The position numbers were made by a program, and so were the translations under genes. Shown here piece after piece: positions 31,876-46,700 of a DNA stretch of 248,000 nt. Source of the DNA: Octopus vulgaris (taxonomy: Eukaryota); the NCBI GenBank assembly GCA_951406725.2, contig OX597815.1, positions 189,740,001 to 189,988,000 of the forward strand. The letters are read 5' to 3'. Under the pieces are notes generated by a model, which worked only from the letters and a program-made list of their open reading frames with translations, was not told the DNA's origin and did not search any database. The stretch's first letter is position 1, and each line of letters starts with the position of its first letter.

Positions 31876-34760
31876 ATATATTCATATATATATGTCTGTA
31901 TGTATGTATGTATGTATATACACACACACACACGCATAAACACATACACAAACACACATACGCATACACATATATAAATAGAGAGAGAGAGAGTGTTTGT
32001 GTGTGAGAGAGAAAAAATAATAAACATCAAGAGCACAATAATAATGTTTTTTTGGGGGACATTGGATCTTGAAGCAGATAAGCTATAAATGATAACATAA
32101 AAATATTAAGTTAAAAAATCCTTTCAGAGAAGTAAAAGTATGATGATGATGATGATGACGACGATGACGATGATGATGATGATGATGATGATTTTGATGC
32201 AAGAAAGAGAAGGAGAGGGAGGAAGTGTAAGAGGAAAAGGGGAGGGGAGGAGGAAGGGTGAAGAAGAAGAAGAAGAAGAAACAATAATGCCTTAAAGTTA
32301 GCATGTGATTTGTTCATAAAATATGCAAACTCAAAAATTTAATTAAGTTATCAGGAAATCTACAATACATAATTCTAAATCATCATAAAAATTTTGGAAG
32401 CTGTTACGTTTTGACAGCTAAAAATTAAAACCCATCATTAGTTTTGTATTGAAAATTTTGGGAAAGATAATTGTTTCCTATCAGCTCTACCATACTTTCA
32501 TACAATTTTTTTTTTGTGCATTGTGAATCTGGATATTTGCCTAGGAAATATCTTGGTACCTTGGTTTATAATTTTCAAGTGGAAGTATTTGCTGATTTTC
32601 ATCAAAGCAGACAGAATCAGGTAGCATGGTGTTCCTTGCCTGTAGGAAGAAAATTGTCATGTTACTGGACAATAATTTGCCATTGTCTGTAACTGAAAAC
32701 AAATGGAGATAAATGCACAGTTTTGTTGTTAATAAATTCCATTATAATTGAATAGGCATAAGAGGGGCTGTGTGGTAAGTAGCTTGCTTACGAACTACAT
32801 GGTTCCGGGTTCAGTCCCACTGTGTGGCACCTTGGGCAAGTGTCTTCTACTATAGCCTCGGGCCGACCAAAGTCTTGTGTGGATTTGGGAGATGGAAACT
32901 GAAAGAAGCCCATCGTATATATGTTATATATGTATATATATATGTATATATATATATATATATATATACATATATATATGTATATATAGGGAGAGTTTAT
33001 GAAATAAACAATAGACGAAGACAGGCGGTGTACAAAACAAACAGGAATAGAAAAAGTCTTTTACGTTTCGAGCCAATGCTCTTCTACAGAAAGGGAGACA
33101 GAAAAAAGAAGGAGAAAAAAAAATGTGTGTAGTGGCTAATGATCTATCATGGTGTGTATATGTTTATGTGTCTGTGTTTGTCCCCCCAACAACACTTAAC
33201 AACCAATGCTGAAGTGTTTACATCCCTGTAACTTGGTGGTTTGGCAAAAGAGACTGATAGAATAAGTACTAGACTTACAAAGAATAAGTCCTGGGGTCGA
33301 TATGCTCGACTAAAGGTGGTGCTCCAGCATGGCCACAGTCAAATGACTGAAACAAGTAAGAGAGACCCCCGAAAAGATGGAAAGCAAAGTCGACCTCAGT
33401 GGAATTTGAACTCAGAACGTAATGGTAGACGAAAAACTGCTAAGCATTTCACCTGGCATGCTAATTATTCTGTCAGTTTGCCACCTTCAGTTGGAGTAAT
33501 AAAATTTAGTAGTAATAATAATGATGATAATAATAATAATAATAAATTATTACTCTGGCAATAATGTAAATGTCCGTAAATAATGAAAAAATAATGAAAA
33601 TGACTAAATATTCAAAGAAGTGGTCATTAAATCTTTAAGTAACATTCTATCCTGATTAAAAGGAGATTTTAGTCTGACCCAATTTCTTAAGGAGATATAT
33701 CTTAGAACATTCTCTAGAAATGGTAGGCTTCCATATAAGTGAAATTTTTTATACCACTAAACAGAGGTCTGTTGATATGACTGTCATATTGGCAAAAAGA
33801 GCAATAGAAGTGATTTATGATTCTTCCTCGTCATCAATATTTTTGCTGTTGTTTAACCCCAGGTCAGACCTGAAGGAGCAGAACGTTCTTGAAAATCATT
33901 CAAGTCATGAGTTATTTTGTTTGTCTCTTTTGTTTTGTTATATTGATCTTTTATTTGTTGTAGTCATTAGACTGTGACCATGCTGGTGCACTGCCTTGAA
34001 GAAATTTTAATCAAATGAATCAACTACTCAACTAAAGTACTCTTTTTTTTCTTTTTTTTTCTAACATAGTATTTATTCTTATACCAATTATACGTACATA
34101 TATATGTACGTACATGTCCGTGTATGTAAGTATTCCTATGTTGTATATATATATATATATATATATAAAATAAATATAAGAGAGTGGTCACTATATGGCT
34201 CACTCTAGCACCAGTTAATCCAAAAGGTTTCAACCACAAAAATACATGTTTCCCATGAAAGTCAGTACGATTGTTAGCTCACACGGACAGGGCAAATAAA
34301 AAATAACAAAAATACAGATTATTTTGGGACAATTGTTTCGCTATTAATGAATTAAATGTAATTTTACTTACAAAAAAATCCACTTGTAGCTCGTCAGCCA
34401 AAACTATCAGGATGAAATCCACTCAATCACACGCCAGATTTTACCATAACGATAAATACGCGTGTGGTTCAATTGATTACATCCGACGTTATAATTCAAA
34501 TGCCCCAACCAACAGCATTTATAATTATAATAATATATATATATATATATATATATACCACTTCCATCTTTTAGTATCTGACCTCGTCTGTATCACTAGC
34601 GATTTTTTTTCCTCCGTCTTCCCTTCTCGGGATCTTTCCTTCTCCTATGTTTCCGACGAAGAGCTCCACTCGAAATGTCCCTTCTTTCCTGAGCGTCCAA
34701 TAATACTTTATTTCTTCCACATCCTTGCGTTGTTGTCTTTTTGTTTTCTTGTTTGGATTA

Positions 34761-34803
<43 letters not shown>

Positions 34804-37129
34804 TTATATAAATAAGGATAAGATCATTATTTAAAATACCAATTATACATACATATATATGTATGTACATGTCCGTGTATGTAAGTATTCCTATGTTGTG
34901 TATACATATATATATATATTTGTACTATTCATGTGTATCCCACTGATGAGGCAGAGTATATTTTTATACAGAATCAGAAATCTGGATCAGGAATTATCCA
35001 ATAATTTTTTGTTAGTTTATTTATCTATTTCTCTTTTCACCTTGTGTTGTATGAACATGAAGTGGTTTTAGACTCAAGTTTTGACTGCTATCTCTAGCAT
35101 GGGGATATCTCTTAGATACCCTTAATTATAATGTACATATATATATATGTTTATGGCAGGCTTCTTTCAGTTTCTGTTTGCTAAATCCACTCATAAGGTT
35201 TTGGTCAGAAGACACTTACCTAAGATGTCCTGCAGTGGGACTGAACCCAGAGCCATGTGGTTAGAAAGCAAGCTTCTTATCACACAGCCATGCCTGCACC
35301 TATATATATATATTCATATACACATATAGACCCACATGCAAAGAGTATTATATTAACAGTGAGAAAGACAGATATCTCATTCTAAATCAAGAACAAAATG
35401 CTAAAAGTTATTTGCTGCTGTTATTAACCATAATCAGCTTTAGGGTTTTAGTGAGAAATGATACCTGGCCACATGGAGATTAACTCTAGAGTACATCAGA
35501 TATTGATATTTTTTTCTGAGTAGAAGACCACCATTTTGTGAAGTGATTTTTCCATTGAAAAATGAATATAGGTGCAGGAGTGGCTGTGTGGTAAGTAGCT
35601 TGCTTACCAATCACATGGTTCCGGGTTCAGTCCCACTGCGTGGCACCTTGGGCAAGTGTCTTCTACTATAGCCTCGGGCTGACCAAAGTGGATTTGGTGG
35701 ACGGAAACTGAAAGAAGCCCGTTGTATATATGTATATGTTCATGTATATATGTTTGTGTATCTGTGTTTGCCCCCCCCCCCCCCCCTCCAACATCGCTTG
35801 ACAACCGATGCTGGTGTGTTTACGTCCCCGTAATTTAGCGGTTCGTCAGAAGAGACCGATAGAATAAGTACTAGGCTTACAAAGAATAAGTCCTGGGGTC
35901 GATTTGCTCGACTAAAAGCGGGGCTCCAGCATGGCCACAGTCAAGCGACCGAGACAAGTAAAAGAGTAAAAGAGTAAAAGAGTATAGAGAAATTGTACCT
36001 GACAAAAATATTGGCTTCAAATTTTGGTAGATGGTGAGAAATTTTGTGGGTGGAGTAAGTTGATTGCACCAGCTCTGGTACTTACTTTATTGACCCCTCT
36101 ATGGATGAAAGCTAAAGTCGACCATGGCAGAATTTGAGCTCAGAATGTAAAGATAGAGTAAACACTTCTTAGCATTTTGCTTGGTGTGTAATGGGTTCTG
36201 CCAGCTTGCTGCTTTATAACAGACAAAATATTAAGATCAGTATAATGAACTGAAATAATTAACTAAAACCCTTAAAGACAGTTCCTCATCAAGGCTTCAG
36301 TAAAAATAAAATAAATAATGAAATTTATAAGTGAAACAAAACTACAAAAGAATATATTTAAATCCATTATTTTTACAGCAAATTAGCTGTCATTTTCAAA
36401 ATCTGTCATAAGACGTATTAAACTTCAAATTTTCATTACATTTGAAAACAAGTAATTACAGAAGTCCTTACAATGCTTTTTATTTTGTTGTCGTAAAAAT
36501 ACCTATTTCTTTATTACCCACAAGGGGCTAAACATAGAGGGGACAAACAAGGACAGACATAGGTATTAAGTCGATTACATCGACCCCAGTGCGTAACTGG
36601 TACTTAATTTATCAACCTCGATAGGATGAAAGGCAAAGTCGACCTCGGCGGAATTTAAACTCACAACGTAACGGCAGACGAAATACCACTAAGCCTCTCG
36701 CCCGGTGTGCTAACGTTTCTGCCAGCTCGCCGCCTTAAAAATACCTGTGACCTTTGCATTATGTTTGTGACTGGGGAAGAAGGAAGGTCTCTTGAAACTG
36801 GGGACCTGGTGTGAATGCTTGCAACAGAGAGGACTTTGCTAAAGGATTAGGGCTAGGGTTAGGGTTGTGATCAAGGTGGTGATGAGAAACCAGGCAGCGG
36901 ATTCCAGTTGACTTAAATGATTAACTTAAATATTTTGATGTAATATATGATAAGTGCAGGTGGCTGTATGGTAAGAAGTTTGCTTCTGAATTACATGGTT
37001 CAAGGTTCAGTCCCATGTGCAGCACCTTGGACAAGTGTTTTCTACTATAGCCTCAGGTCAACCAAAGCTGTGTGATTGAATTTGGGAAATGCATACTGAA
37101 AGAAGCCAAGTGTGTACACAAACATGACA

Positions 37130-37330
37130 GAAGTAAATAGACACCCCATAAAACATTGCTTTATGCTTATTTTAGCTTGGAACGGTTTATATTTTTTATT
37201 AATGGACATTTTTTTATGTTTCAGGCTCTATATATGACTGTTTAATCATGCCACATACGAAAGAAGCCTTGGAACTGTCCGAATTTCAAAGAGGTCATAT
37301 TGCATGTCAATCTGAAGGTGGACTTAGTGT
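37130..37330 (+). mobile_element. Tc1-like 5' fragment
   Basis: MPHTKEALELSEFQRGHI, a typical Tc1 HTH start. Confidence 0.6.
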
Positions 37331-37794
37331 AAAATCATGGAAGACCTCAACCACATGGTTTCAGGTTCTGTCCCACTTCATGACATCTTGGGCAGAAGTC
37401 TTCTACAATAGCCCCAGGACACTTAAAGCCATATAGTGGATTCAGAAGTAGAAGTATGGGGTGGGGTGTCATGTGGTGTATCAGTGCCCTGCTGTATCCC
37501 CTATTTGTTGGTGATTCCCTACTACTCCTTGTGGATGACCCCTTTGCACCACTTAGGCGACAACCCTCCAGCCTATGGGTCTGTTTGGGAAGTCATTACT
37601 GATGAGGGCTTTACAAGGTCAGGGTGCACATCCTGCCACAACCTCTCCTAGCTGTCCTTTACAACTCACAGGGGTAACTTTGGGTTTATTCTTTGATATG
37701 CAGGTTCTTACCCGGCATTTTGGTAGATGGAAAATAAAATAGAAGACTGTCGTATCTTTTGGCTTTTATTTCTTTTACTCATTGGTTTTGGCCA

Positions 37795-37799
37795 GTGCC

Positions 37800-37831
<32 letters not shown>

Positions 37832-37922
37832 GAGAGAGGGAAAGAAAGAGAGAGAGAGAAAGAAAGAGAGAGAGAAAGAGAGGGAGAGAGAAAGAGAGAG
37901 AGGGAGAGAGAGAAAGAAAGAG

Positions 37923-37967
<45 letters not shown>

Positions 37968-38150
37968 CGAAAGAGAGAGAGACGAAAGAGAGAGAGACGA
38001 AAGAGAGAGAGACGAAAGAGAGAGAGAAAGAGAGAGACAAAAGAGAGAGAGATGGACGAAAGAGAGATAGAGAGGAAAGAGAGAGAGAGAAAGAGAGAGA
38101 GGGGGAAAGAGATAGAGAGAGAGAGGGTGAAAGAGAGAGAGAGAGAGAGT
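37795..38150. repeat. (GA)n-rich tract
   Basis: Directly visible. Confidence 0.95.
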
Positions 38151-38639
38151 GTGTGTATGTGTGTGTGTTTGAGTCTCCCTGACTTGACATCGTGTGATAG
38201 ATGTAATTGAGTGTCACCTTCATAAAAGTGGTGTCATTCGTTTTCAATCCTCCACAGAAAAGTGTTTGGCCGAGAGAGAACATTACTTAGCTCAGAAACG
38301 GGTAAGACTTGGCAACAGGAAGAAGGTTATCTAGCTGTAGAAAATCTTGCCTCAATGAACTCTCTTTAACCTCCGGTAAGCATGGAAAAGTGAAGGTTAA
38401 TAAAGTGAGTAAGAACGTAGATGTAGAACAAATCTGAGGTGGAGGAAAATGTGCTTCCTTTCGTGATTGAATAGACATTTGTGAAAATATCGAATGAAGT
38501 GTTAATCCTTTACACCTAAATTATCAATGTGCAAAAAACATAAAGAATTATTATTATTTATGGTCATTTCTGCTTACTTGAGGGTAAGGCGTTTTGTTTG
38601 ATGGATAGTATAAAATTTTCTGTTTTTACTGGTGCATAC

Positions 38640-38675
<36 letters not shown>

Positions 38676-38799
38676 TCACACACACACACAAACACACACA
38701 CATTCACACATACACATGCGCACACACATATGCACAGAGAAACATACACGCAAATATATATACATATGTATATACATATAAACATATACATATTTATAC

Positions 38800-38834
<35 letters not shown>

Positions 38835-38949
38835 CGGCGGTGAATTAGCATGGCCGCAGCTCTGAGCTGAAACTAGAGAAGAAAAAAAATATATATATAT
38901 ATAGAGAGAGCGGTATAAACATATATATATATACATATATATACATATA

Positions 38950-39490
38950 CACACATACATGTATATATATATTATATATATTATCCATCTGTTGCTATTT
39001 ATTCATGTATATAGATATTCATACATACGTCTGTGTGCTTGTGCGTGTGTGTGTTTGTATGTATGTATGCATGTATATGTATGTATGTATGTGTGTATGT
39101 ACGTATGTATGTACAAATGTATGTATGTATGCATGTATGTATGTATGTATGTATGTATATGTGTATGTATGTATGTATGCATGCTTGTATGTATGTATGT
39201 GTATGTATGTATGTGTGTATGTATATGTATGTACGTATTTATGTATGTATGTATGTACGTACGTACGTATTTATGTATGTATGTATGTATGTATGTATGC
39301 ATTTATTTATGTATGTATGTATTATGTATGTATATGTATGTATGTATGTACACGTGTATGTATGTATGTATGTATGCTTGTATGCATGTATGTATGTGTG
39401 CTTGTATGTATGTATGTATGTGTGTATGTATATGTATGTATTTATGTATGTATGTATGTATGTAAGCATGCATGTATGTATGTGTATCCA
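38950..39490. repeat. (ATGT)n microsatellite
   Basis: Directly visible; similar tracts at 3570-3760, 139780-140200 and 146100-146200. Confidence 0.95.
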
Positions 39491-40671
39491 CGCAAATTAT
39501 TCAAATGTCAATAATTTGGCAACATCCACCCCAGCTATAATTGCTCGCACGCAACAATATTGTCGAAACATAAGTAACCCTCAGAGTTCATTGAGGCTTT
39601 CTGTGTTTTTGCCGGTTACTTCCCACGGAGGAAATACTTGAAGTGTTATGAATTATCAACAATAGATGTCACGGGGGTTAAATCCCATCACTGTCAAATT
39701 TCCCTGAAAGGAATGGCTGCGAATATAACTGACTCTTCTTCTTGTTGAGATATCTCGAAAAACCATAGAATAAAACATAAAATATTGATTACTATATTCA
39801 GCTTTCTATTAACATCATATTTTAAATTAATGTCTTCCATACATCCTATGTGGTACACGGTTATCACTATAAAGCAGCATCAAATTTTATTAAACATCAG
39901 CATAAAGAATATGAATTCATCCATAAGGATTTCATATCATAATTTGGATCTAAGGATGTTACATATGAATGTGAAGAAATTGATATACTTTGATTTCCTC
40001 ATTAGAGGTATGAAATCACAAAGGAGACGATATCCTCAGTTTTTAATTATACTATTTACAATGTTATAACAACATGCCTTTTATTAATAATTCTGCAAAT
40101 GTAAGAACTGGTAATCTTATTAGCTTCTATGAGATCTTACGCTCGAGTGACCGAATGCAGATTCAGTTATTGATTCAATTAGAGATGCTTCTATTTGATC
40201 TTCCACTACTGTAGGAAATATCTTTTATCGAATGAAGTCTTTCTTATTCCTTTAACTGAAATATAATTTTGATCCCTCGCACTGATAAATTGAATTGATC
40301 ATAGCTAAATGCAAAGTGAAGCTAATATACTAGAATATATCAGCCAGTCTGAAAGCGGGTTCTCCTCTTTGCAAACAAATAGGCACAGACAGGGATTTTA
40401 CTGACCATGAATTCTAAGACATTCCTCTGTTACTCATTGATGTGTGTCTGAAACAAAATAAGAATCTAAAGATGTGACTGACCTATTTTTCGTATTTTTA
40501 AGTACTTTCAGAGGAGAGAAAAAAACACAGGCTTGGATCTTCAATAGACATCAAAGCTCTATTGGATAATACACGCAATTTAATTCCCTCCTAAACACTC
40601 TAGAATCTATTTCTCTACACTTTCTAGATAATGATTTAGTTTGATATATACATATACACACATATATATAC

Positions 40672-40711
<40 letters not shown>

Positions 40712-43700
40712 TGTGTGTGTATGTATATATATTATAGTCATATTTATATATTTATATTCATATATATATATATATGTATATATATCTATATATATCTTAG
40801 CCAGCGGGGTGGAGTCATTTGAAGGCTAAAACAATGCGATTGCATTGTGACCAGCGATGTGTAACAACATCTGATGGTCTGGTCGGTCACGTGATCACGT
40901 GATATATATATATATATGAGTCAAATTCCATTCAGAATTTATAAACAAATTCAAGATTCTCAAGATAGAAGCCATTGGCTCAAGGTTCTGTGCAGTGGAA
41001 TCAAACCAGAACTGCATGGTTGGAAAATGAGCTGCTTAACCACACAGCCATAACTTGCGACCACATTTAGCTGAAATAAAAAAAAAATTAGGATCAAACA
41101 AGAAATTACAGACAACTAAAGATTACTTCTTCAAGATTCCAATAAACTGGACCTTTTAAACAGAAAACCTGTTCACTCAAATTTATGCAAATAGAAAATA
41201 AATTCATTTAAATCTAATATCAGTTCAATAGAAATGACTGCTGGCTACTCTATTATCATGTAAATGACTATACCAATCAGTTTGATAGCTTTTGCCTTAG
41301 AATTATCTAATTCTAATCTTGACACTATATCAAACTTAATTGGTTATCTAAATATATTTCAAGTAATCTTATTATCCAGGCAGCATTGTTATTTGAGCAT
41401 TCATAATTTGAGCAGGTCTTCTTGGACTGGTGAGGTCATTGCAGTTGGTGTTCAATTCCAAATTCTACAGTTTAATGTTAGTAGAGAAAGTATGAAGAGA
41501 AAGGAACTCTTAGAAAAGTTTGCACTTTTTGAGAGGAAGCCTTGAGGAAAGCATTTAGTACGGATGCTGGTAGGACACAAATACAGGCACCGTAACAAGG
41601 AGGAGAGGAAAGGCAGAATGAGTAATTTGGTTTGACTATCTTCAGAGAGATAGCAACCACTGCAGTTACCTAAGAAGAGAAGTCAAGCCTGATCAAAACC
41701 ATTCCAGTCAAGACTACTCCATCACTCCATATTTTTCATTATCATCATCATCATCGTTTAAAGTCTGCTTTCCATGCTAGCATGGGTTGGACGATTTGAC
41801 TGAGGACTGGCGATCTAGATGGCTGCACCAAGCTCCAACCGGATTTGGCAAAGTTTCTACAGCTGGATGCCCTTCCTAACGCCAACCACTCTGAGAGTGT
41901 TGTGGGTGATTTTACGTGCCACCAGCACAGGGGCCTGTCAGGCGGTACTGGCAGCAGCCACACTCAAATGGTCCTTTTTATGTGCTACCTGCACAGGAGC
42001 CAGTCCAGTGGCACTGGCAACGACCTCGCTTGAATGTTTTTTCACGTGCCACCAGCACAAGTGCTAGTAAGGCGACGCAGGTAATGATAGTAAGGTGATG
42101 CAGGTAACGATAGTAAGGTGACGCAGGTAACAATTTTGTGAATCAAAAGTTTTATTGCTCTATTATATTGTTTGTTTCTTAAGATGATAATTTATGATTT
42201 GAGAGCGAGAGATTGACAGAATCAATAAACATGAGACTAAATACTTTGTGATACTCGTTAGAACTATTTTTACATTTGCAAAAAAATTTCAAATCTTGAT
42301 GAAGTTATATTTCGTCATTTCAATGGTACAGAAGTTGATTCAATCAAATCAACTGTCAACCTTGGTAAACATTCAATCGCTCAACAATATACAGGCAGTG
42401 TCGAAATCCTTATTCCACAGTTGGCTTTAAGGCCTAATGAAATGTGAGGTTGGTTGGAAAACACTGCGATTACATCAATATTATCAATATATAAGACACA
42501 ACGGAGGTGCGTGGCTTAGTGGTTAGGGTGTTGAACTCATGATTGTAAGGTTGTGGTTTCGATTCCTGGGCCAAATGATGTGTTGTGCTCTTGAGTAAAA
42601 CACTTCATTTCACGTTGCTCCAGTCCACTCAGCTGGCAAAAATGAGTAACTCTGCGATGGACCGGCGTCCCATCCAGGTGGGGAACCTATATGCCAAGGA
42701 AACCGGGAAACCGGCTCTTATGAGCCTGGCATGGCTCGAGAAGGAACATTTAGTGGAGGCACATGGCTTAGTGGTTAGGGTGTTGAGCTCATGATTGTAA
42801 GGTTGTGAGGTTGTTGTTTCGATTCCTGGACCAGGTGATGCGTTGTGTTCTTGAGCAAAACACTTCATTTTCACGTTGCTCCAGTCCACTCAGCTAGCAA
42901 AATTGAGTAATCCTGCGATGGATCCAGGTGGGGAATTTCTACGCCACTGAAACCAGGAAACCGGCCCTTATGAGCCTGGCATGGCTCAAGAACGAACATT
43001 TATTTATTCAATAAGACACAACACAACCAACACATAAACACACACATATCCCCATCATTCAATCATTTATGTAGAAAATAATATACAGAAGGAAGTCTAT
43101 GGAAGACATAATTGAATCCTGAGGAATACTAGCATTGACATAATATGCATGTAATGAGCATCATTAACATACACTCTATTAGAGCGATCAGAGATTTAAA
43201 AAAATGTCTCAATCATCTTTTATATGCCATGTACATTGTTTACAATCTTTTCTAAAAATGTAGAAACTTTTCAATTCTATCATGACATTTCTGAGCTGAA
43301 TTTTATATTTGCTAACATAGGGAGATGAATCATTGTAAATTTGCTGAATTAGTAAAGGGCAAATATTTTATTTTTTCATAGTTGGAATTTATAGGAAATC
43401 AGAAGACAAAGACTGGTGTAGCAACAACAAGCAAGTGTATTAGTTTGATGGTCAGGAAAAATGGAAAAGTCTTTTGTGTTTCGAGCCTACGCTCTTCAAC
43501 AGAAAGGAATAAGAGAAAATAAACAGAGAGAGAATGAAAAAAAAACTTGTAGATTTCAGCTGTCCAGCACATCTATATTATCCGTTAATTTAAATTTTAG
43601 CATGTTAAAATGCTAAATCATCAAACTAAAACATTTTTGAAAATTACTAATTTTTAATCTCACAACATGAGATATTCAGCAACAGTACTTTGTAGCAAAG

Positions 43701-46700
43701 ATTGTTTGCCAACATAACATGGCAGTCCTGGTTTAGGAATAATGTTGCTGTAATTTAGCCCCAGGAGACATCGTCTTCAGCCAGCTATGAAGAGAAATAA
43801 CCCAGAAATTACAATACACAGATATTGTTTTGAGCTGAGTGAGGATACTAGATTCCCTTGTTCAAAAAATGTAAGGACACAGTTCGTGTCATATAGCCAG
43901 CTGGACACGATGTCTCCTGAGCTAAATTACAGCAACATTAGTCCTAAACCAGGACTACCATGTTATGCTGGCAAACAATCTTTACTATAAAACATTTTTA
44001 TCTTTTAAAGAAGAAATGTGGATGAGACATGGAAGTGCCCCTAGTGAGGCAATTTTCACAGACTTTTCTATCAAAAGACATTGTTACAGCATTGTCTTTG
44101 CTACTTTCTGTAGACTGAGAGACTAGACATGGTTCTCAGGAGAAATTAAAGCAATGCACATTTCTAAATGTTTCATTCATTTTTGAATTGTCAGGAGTGA
44201 ATGGTTACACTCTTGTAAGTTTCCATAGAAGGTATATAAGGAGAGAAAGATTAAAGAATTTAACAGGGACGAGGCTCATCTTTGTAACACTATTTGAGTT
44301 AATAGACAAATTAATTGTACCAGTCACTTTCAGTACCAGTCACTTTCTCTCACTTTACTCTTTTACTTGTTTCAGTTATTTGACTGCAGCCATGCTGGAG
44401 CACTGCCTTTAGTCGAGCAAATCGACCCCAGGACTTATTCTTTGCAAGCCTAGTACTTATTCTATCAGTCTCTTTTGCCGAACCGCTAGGTTACGGGGAT
44501 GTAAATACACCAGCATCAGTTTTCAAGCGATGTTGTGGGGACAAACACAGACACACAAACATACACACACACACATATATATATACATCGAAATCGAAAT
44601 CTTTCAACATCAATGGAAATTGCAGCTGTGATACCAGTGCCGGTGGCACATAAGAGAACCGTCCGAACGTGGCCGTTGCCAGCGCCGCCCCGACTGGCCT
44701 CCGTGCCGGTGGCACGTAAAAAGCACATCCGATCATGGCCGTTTGCCAGCCTCGTCTGGCACCTGTGCTGGTGACACATAAAAAGCACCCACTACACTCT
44801 CGGAGTGGTTGGCATTAGGAAGGGCATCCAGCTGTAGAAACACTGCCGGATCAGACTGGGCCTGGCGCAGCCTCCTGGCTTCCCAGACCCCAGTTGAACC
44901 GTCCAACCCATGCTAGCATGGAAAGCGGACGTTAAACGATGATGATGATGATGATATATATGATGGGCTTCGTTGAGTTTCCATCTACCAAATCCACTCA
45001 CAAAGCTTTGGTCAGCCTGAGGTTATAGAAGAAGACACTTGCCCAAGGTGTCATGCAGTGGGATTAACGCCAACCACTCCGAGGGTGTTGTGGGTGCTTT
45101 TTACATGACACTGGCATGAGGGCCAGTCAGGTCATACTGGCATCGACCACGCTTGAATGGTACTTTTTATGTGCCACCAGTATGGGAGCCAGTCAGGCAG
45201 CACTGGCAGTGACCATGCTTGAATGGTGCTTTTTATGTGCCACCTGCATGGGACCAGTCAGCTGGCACTGGCATCGACCATGCTCAAATGGCACTTTTTA
45301 CATGTCACCAGCATGGGAGCCAGTCAGGTGGCACTGGCAACCACCATGCTCGAATGGAGTTTTTACATGCCACCAGCATGGGATGAGTCAGCCAGCACTG
45401 GCATCAACCATGCTCAAATAATGGTCTTTATGTGCCAGTGGCACAGGTGCCAATCAGGTGGTACTCTCATTGACCATGACAGCAATTTCACCAAGTGAAA
45501 TCTTGTGTTATCATTCTCGTTATAATAAGATCTTGATTGAGATTTTAATTTAAATATGAACGCTTAGTTGAGCCAGTTTCTGGTATAATGATGTTAAAAG
45601 GGTTCACCGTTGTAATACTTTAATGCAGTTTAGTGCACACAGATTATATATGATGGGGAAAATGGGTCATTAGTTGATAGTGGAGGTTATATACATGAAA
45701 AAGGAGACCAAGAAAGACTTGAGAAGACATTATATGATTAAATCTGAGAAATATGGGCTTTGCAATGAGATTAGTCAGGATCAAGGTAAATAAGAAGTAT
45801 TATTATCAAACCTTTCCAGTTCCTGACAGCAATAAAAAAAATGGATGTTGAAATAAAAACGACAACAAAGAAAAAGCAAGCAATAAGTGGACATAAATGC
45901 AAATCTTATGTTTAGCTACAATAAACATTTCTTAATCTTGTAAAGATCATCTGTTGATAAAAGCCATCAAGGCAAAGCCACAAAATATTACACAATATTT
46001 CAATATACAGTACACATTATTATTAGCAACTATCTTTTTCCATTTAATATTTTGTCTTTCATTTCTATTCAACAGTCATTCTTGGCTAAGTAATATTCCA
46101 AGTGAATCTATTCCAACCCTATTAATGTATCTGTCAAGGAAATTTTATTTATTGCTAAAAATAATCAACAAGAAAAAAAAACTGTTGTGTAAAGTATATC
46201 AGAGAAGATATCTCTGCAATTATAGCATGTTTTTATTAGTTCTTTTGGGTCTGAAATAATATGAAGGATTAATTTGATAGAGATAAAATATCATAAATGG
46301 TATCAATTTCAGTTTCCATCATTTCCCAAATGACTAGAAACTAATATGAAATTACTTTCATGTGTACTGATAGCTAAATATCTTTCTTCACGTGTTTCAT
46401 GTTGAAATTTCTTAAATTATTGATACTATAAATCCAAACCCGAATTAGTCACAGTGAAAAAGTAATAAATATTAACACTGGTAGTAATAAAAAGTTTATA
46501 GTAAATTCAGCGGAAATATCTCATTTCAGAAATAACGACAAATAAAATATAGATTAAATATTTGTCACTTTGCTTGGAAATCCTTATTATTCTGTACCGA
46601 AGATTTTATGGTTTCTTTGCATGCAATAGGTACTTCACACCTACTGAAGATATTGACAGTAGACTTTTATAAAGTAAAGCATCATCATCATCATCATCAT

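Noticed and set aside
36845-36870. Interstitial telomere (TTAGGG; also about 172590 and 206845)
   Set aside because: Only two to four imperfect units; one set is internal to a MITE.
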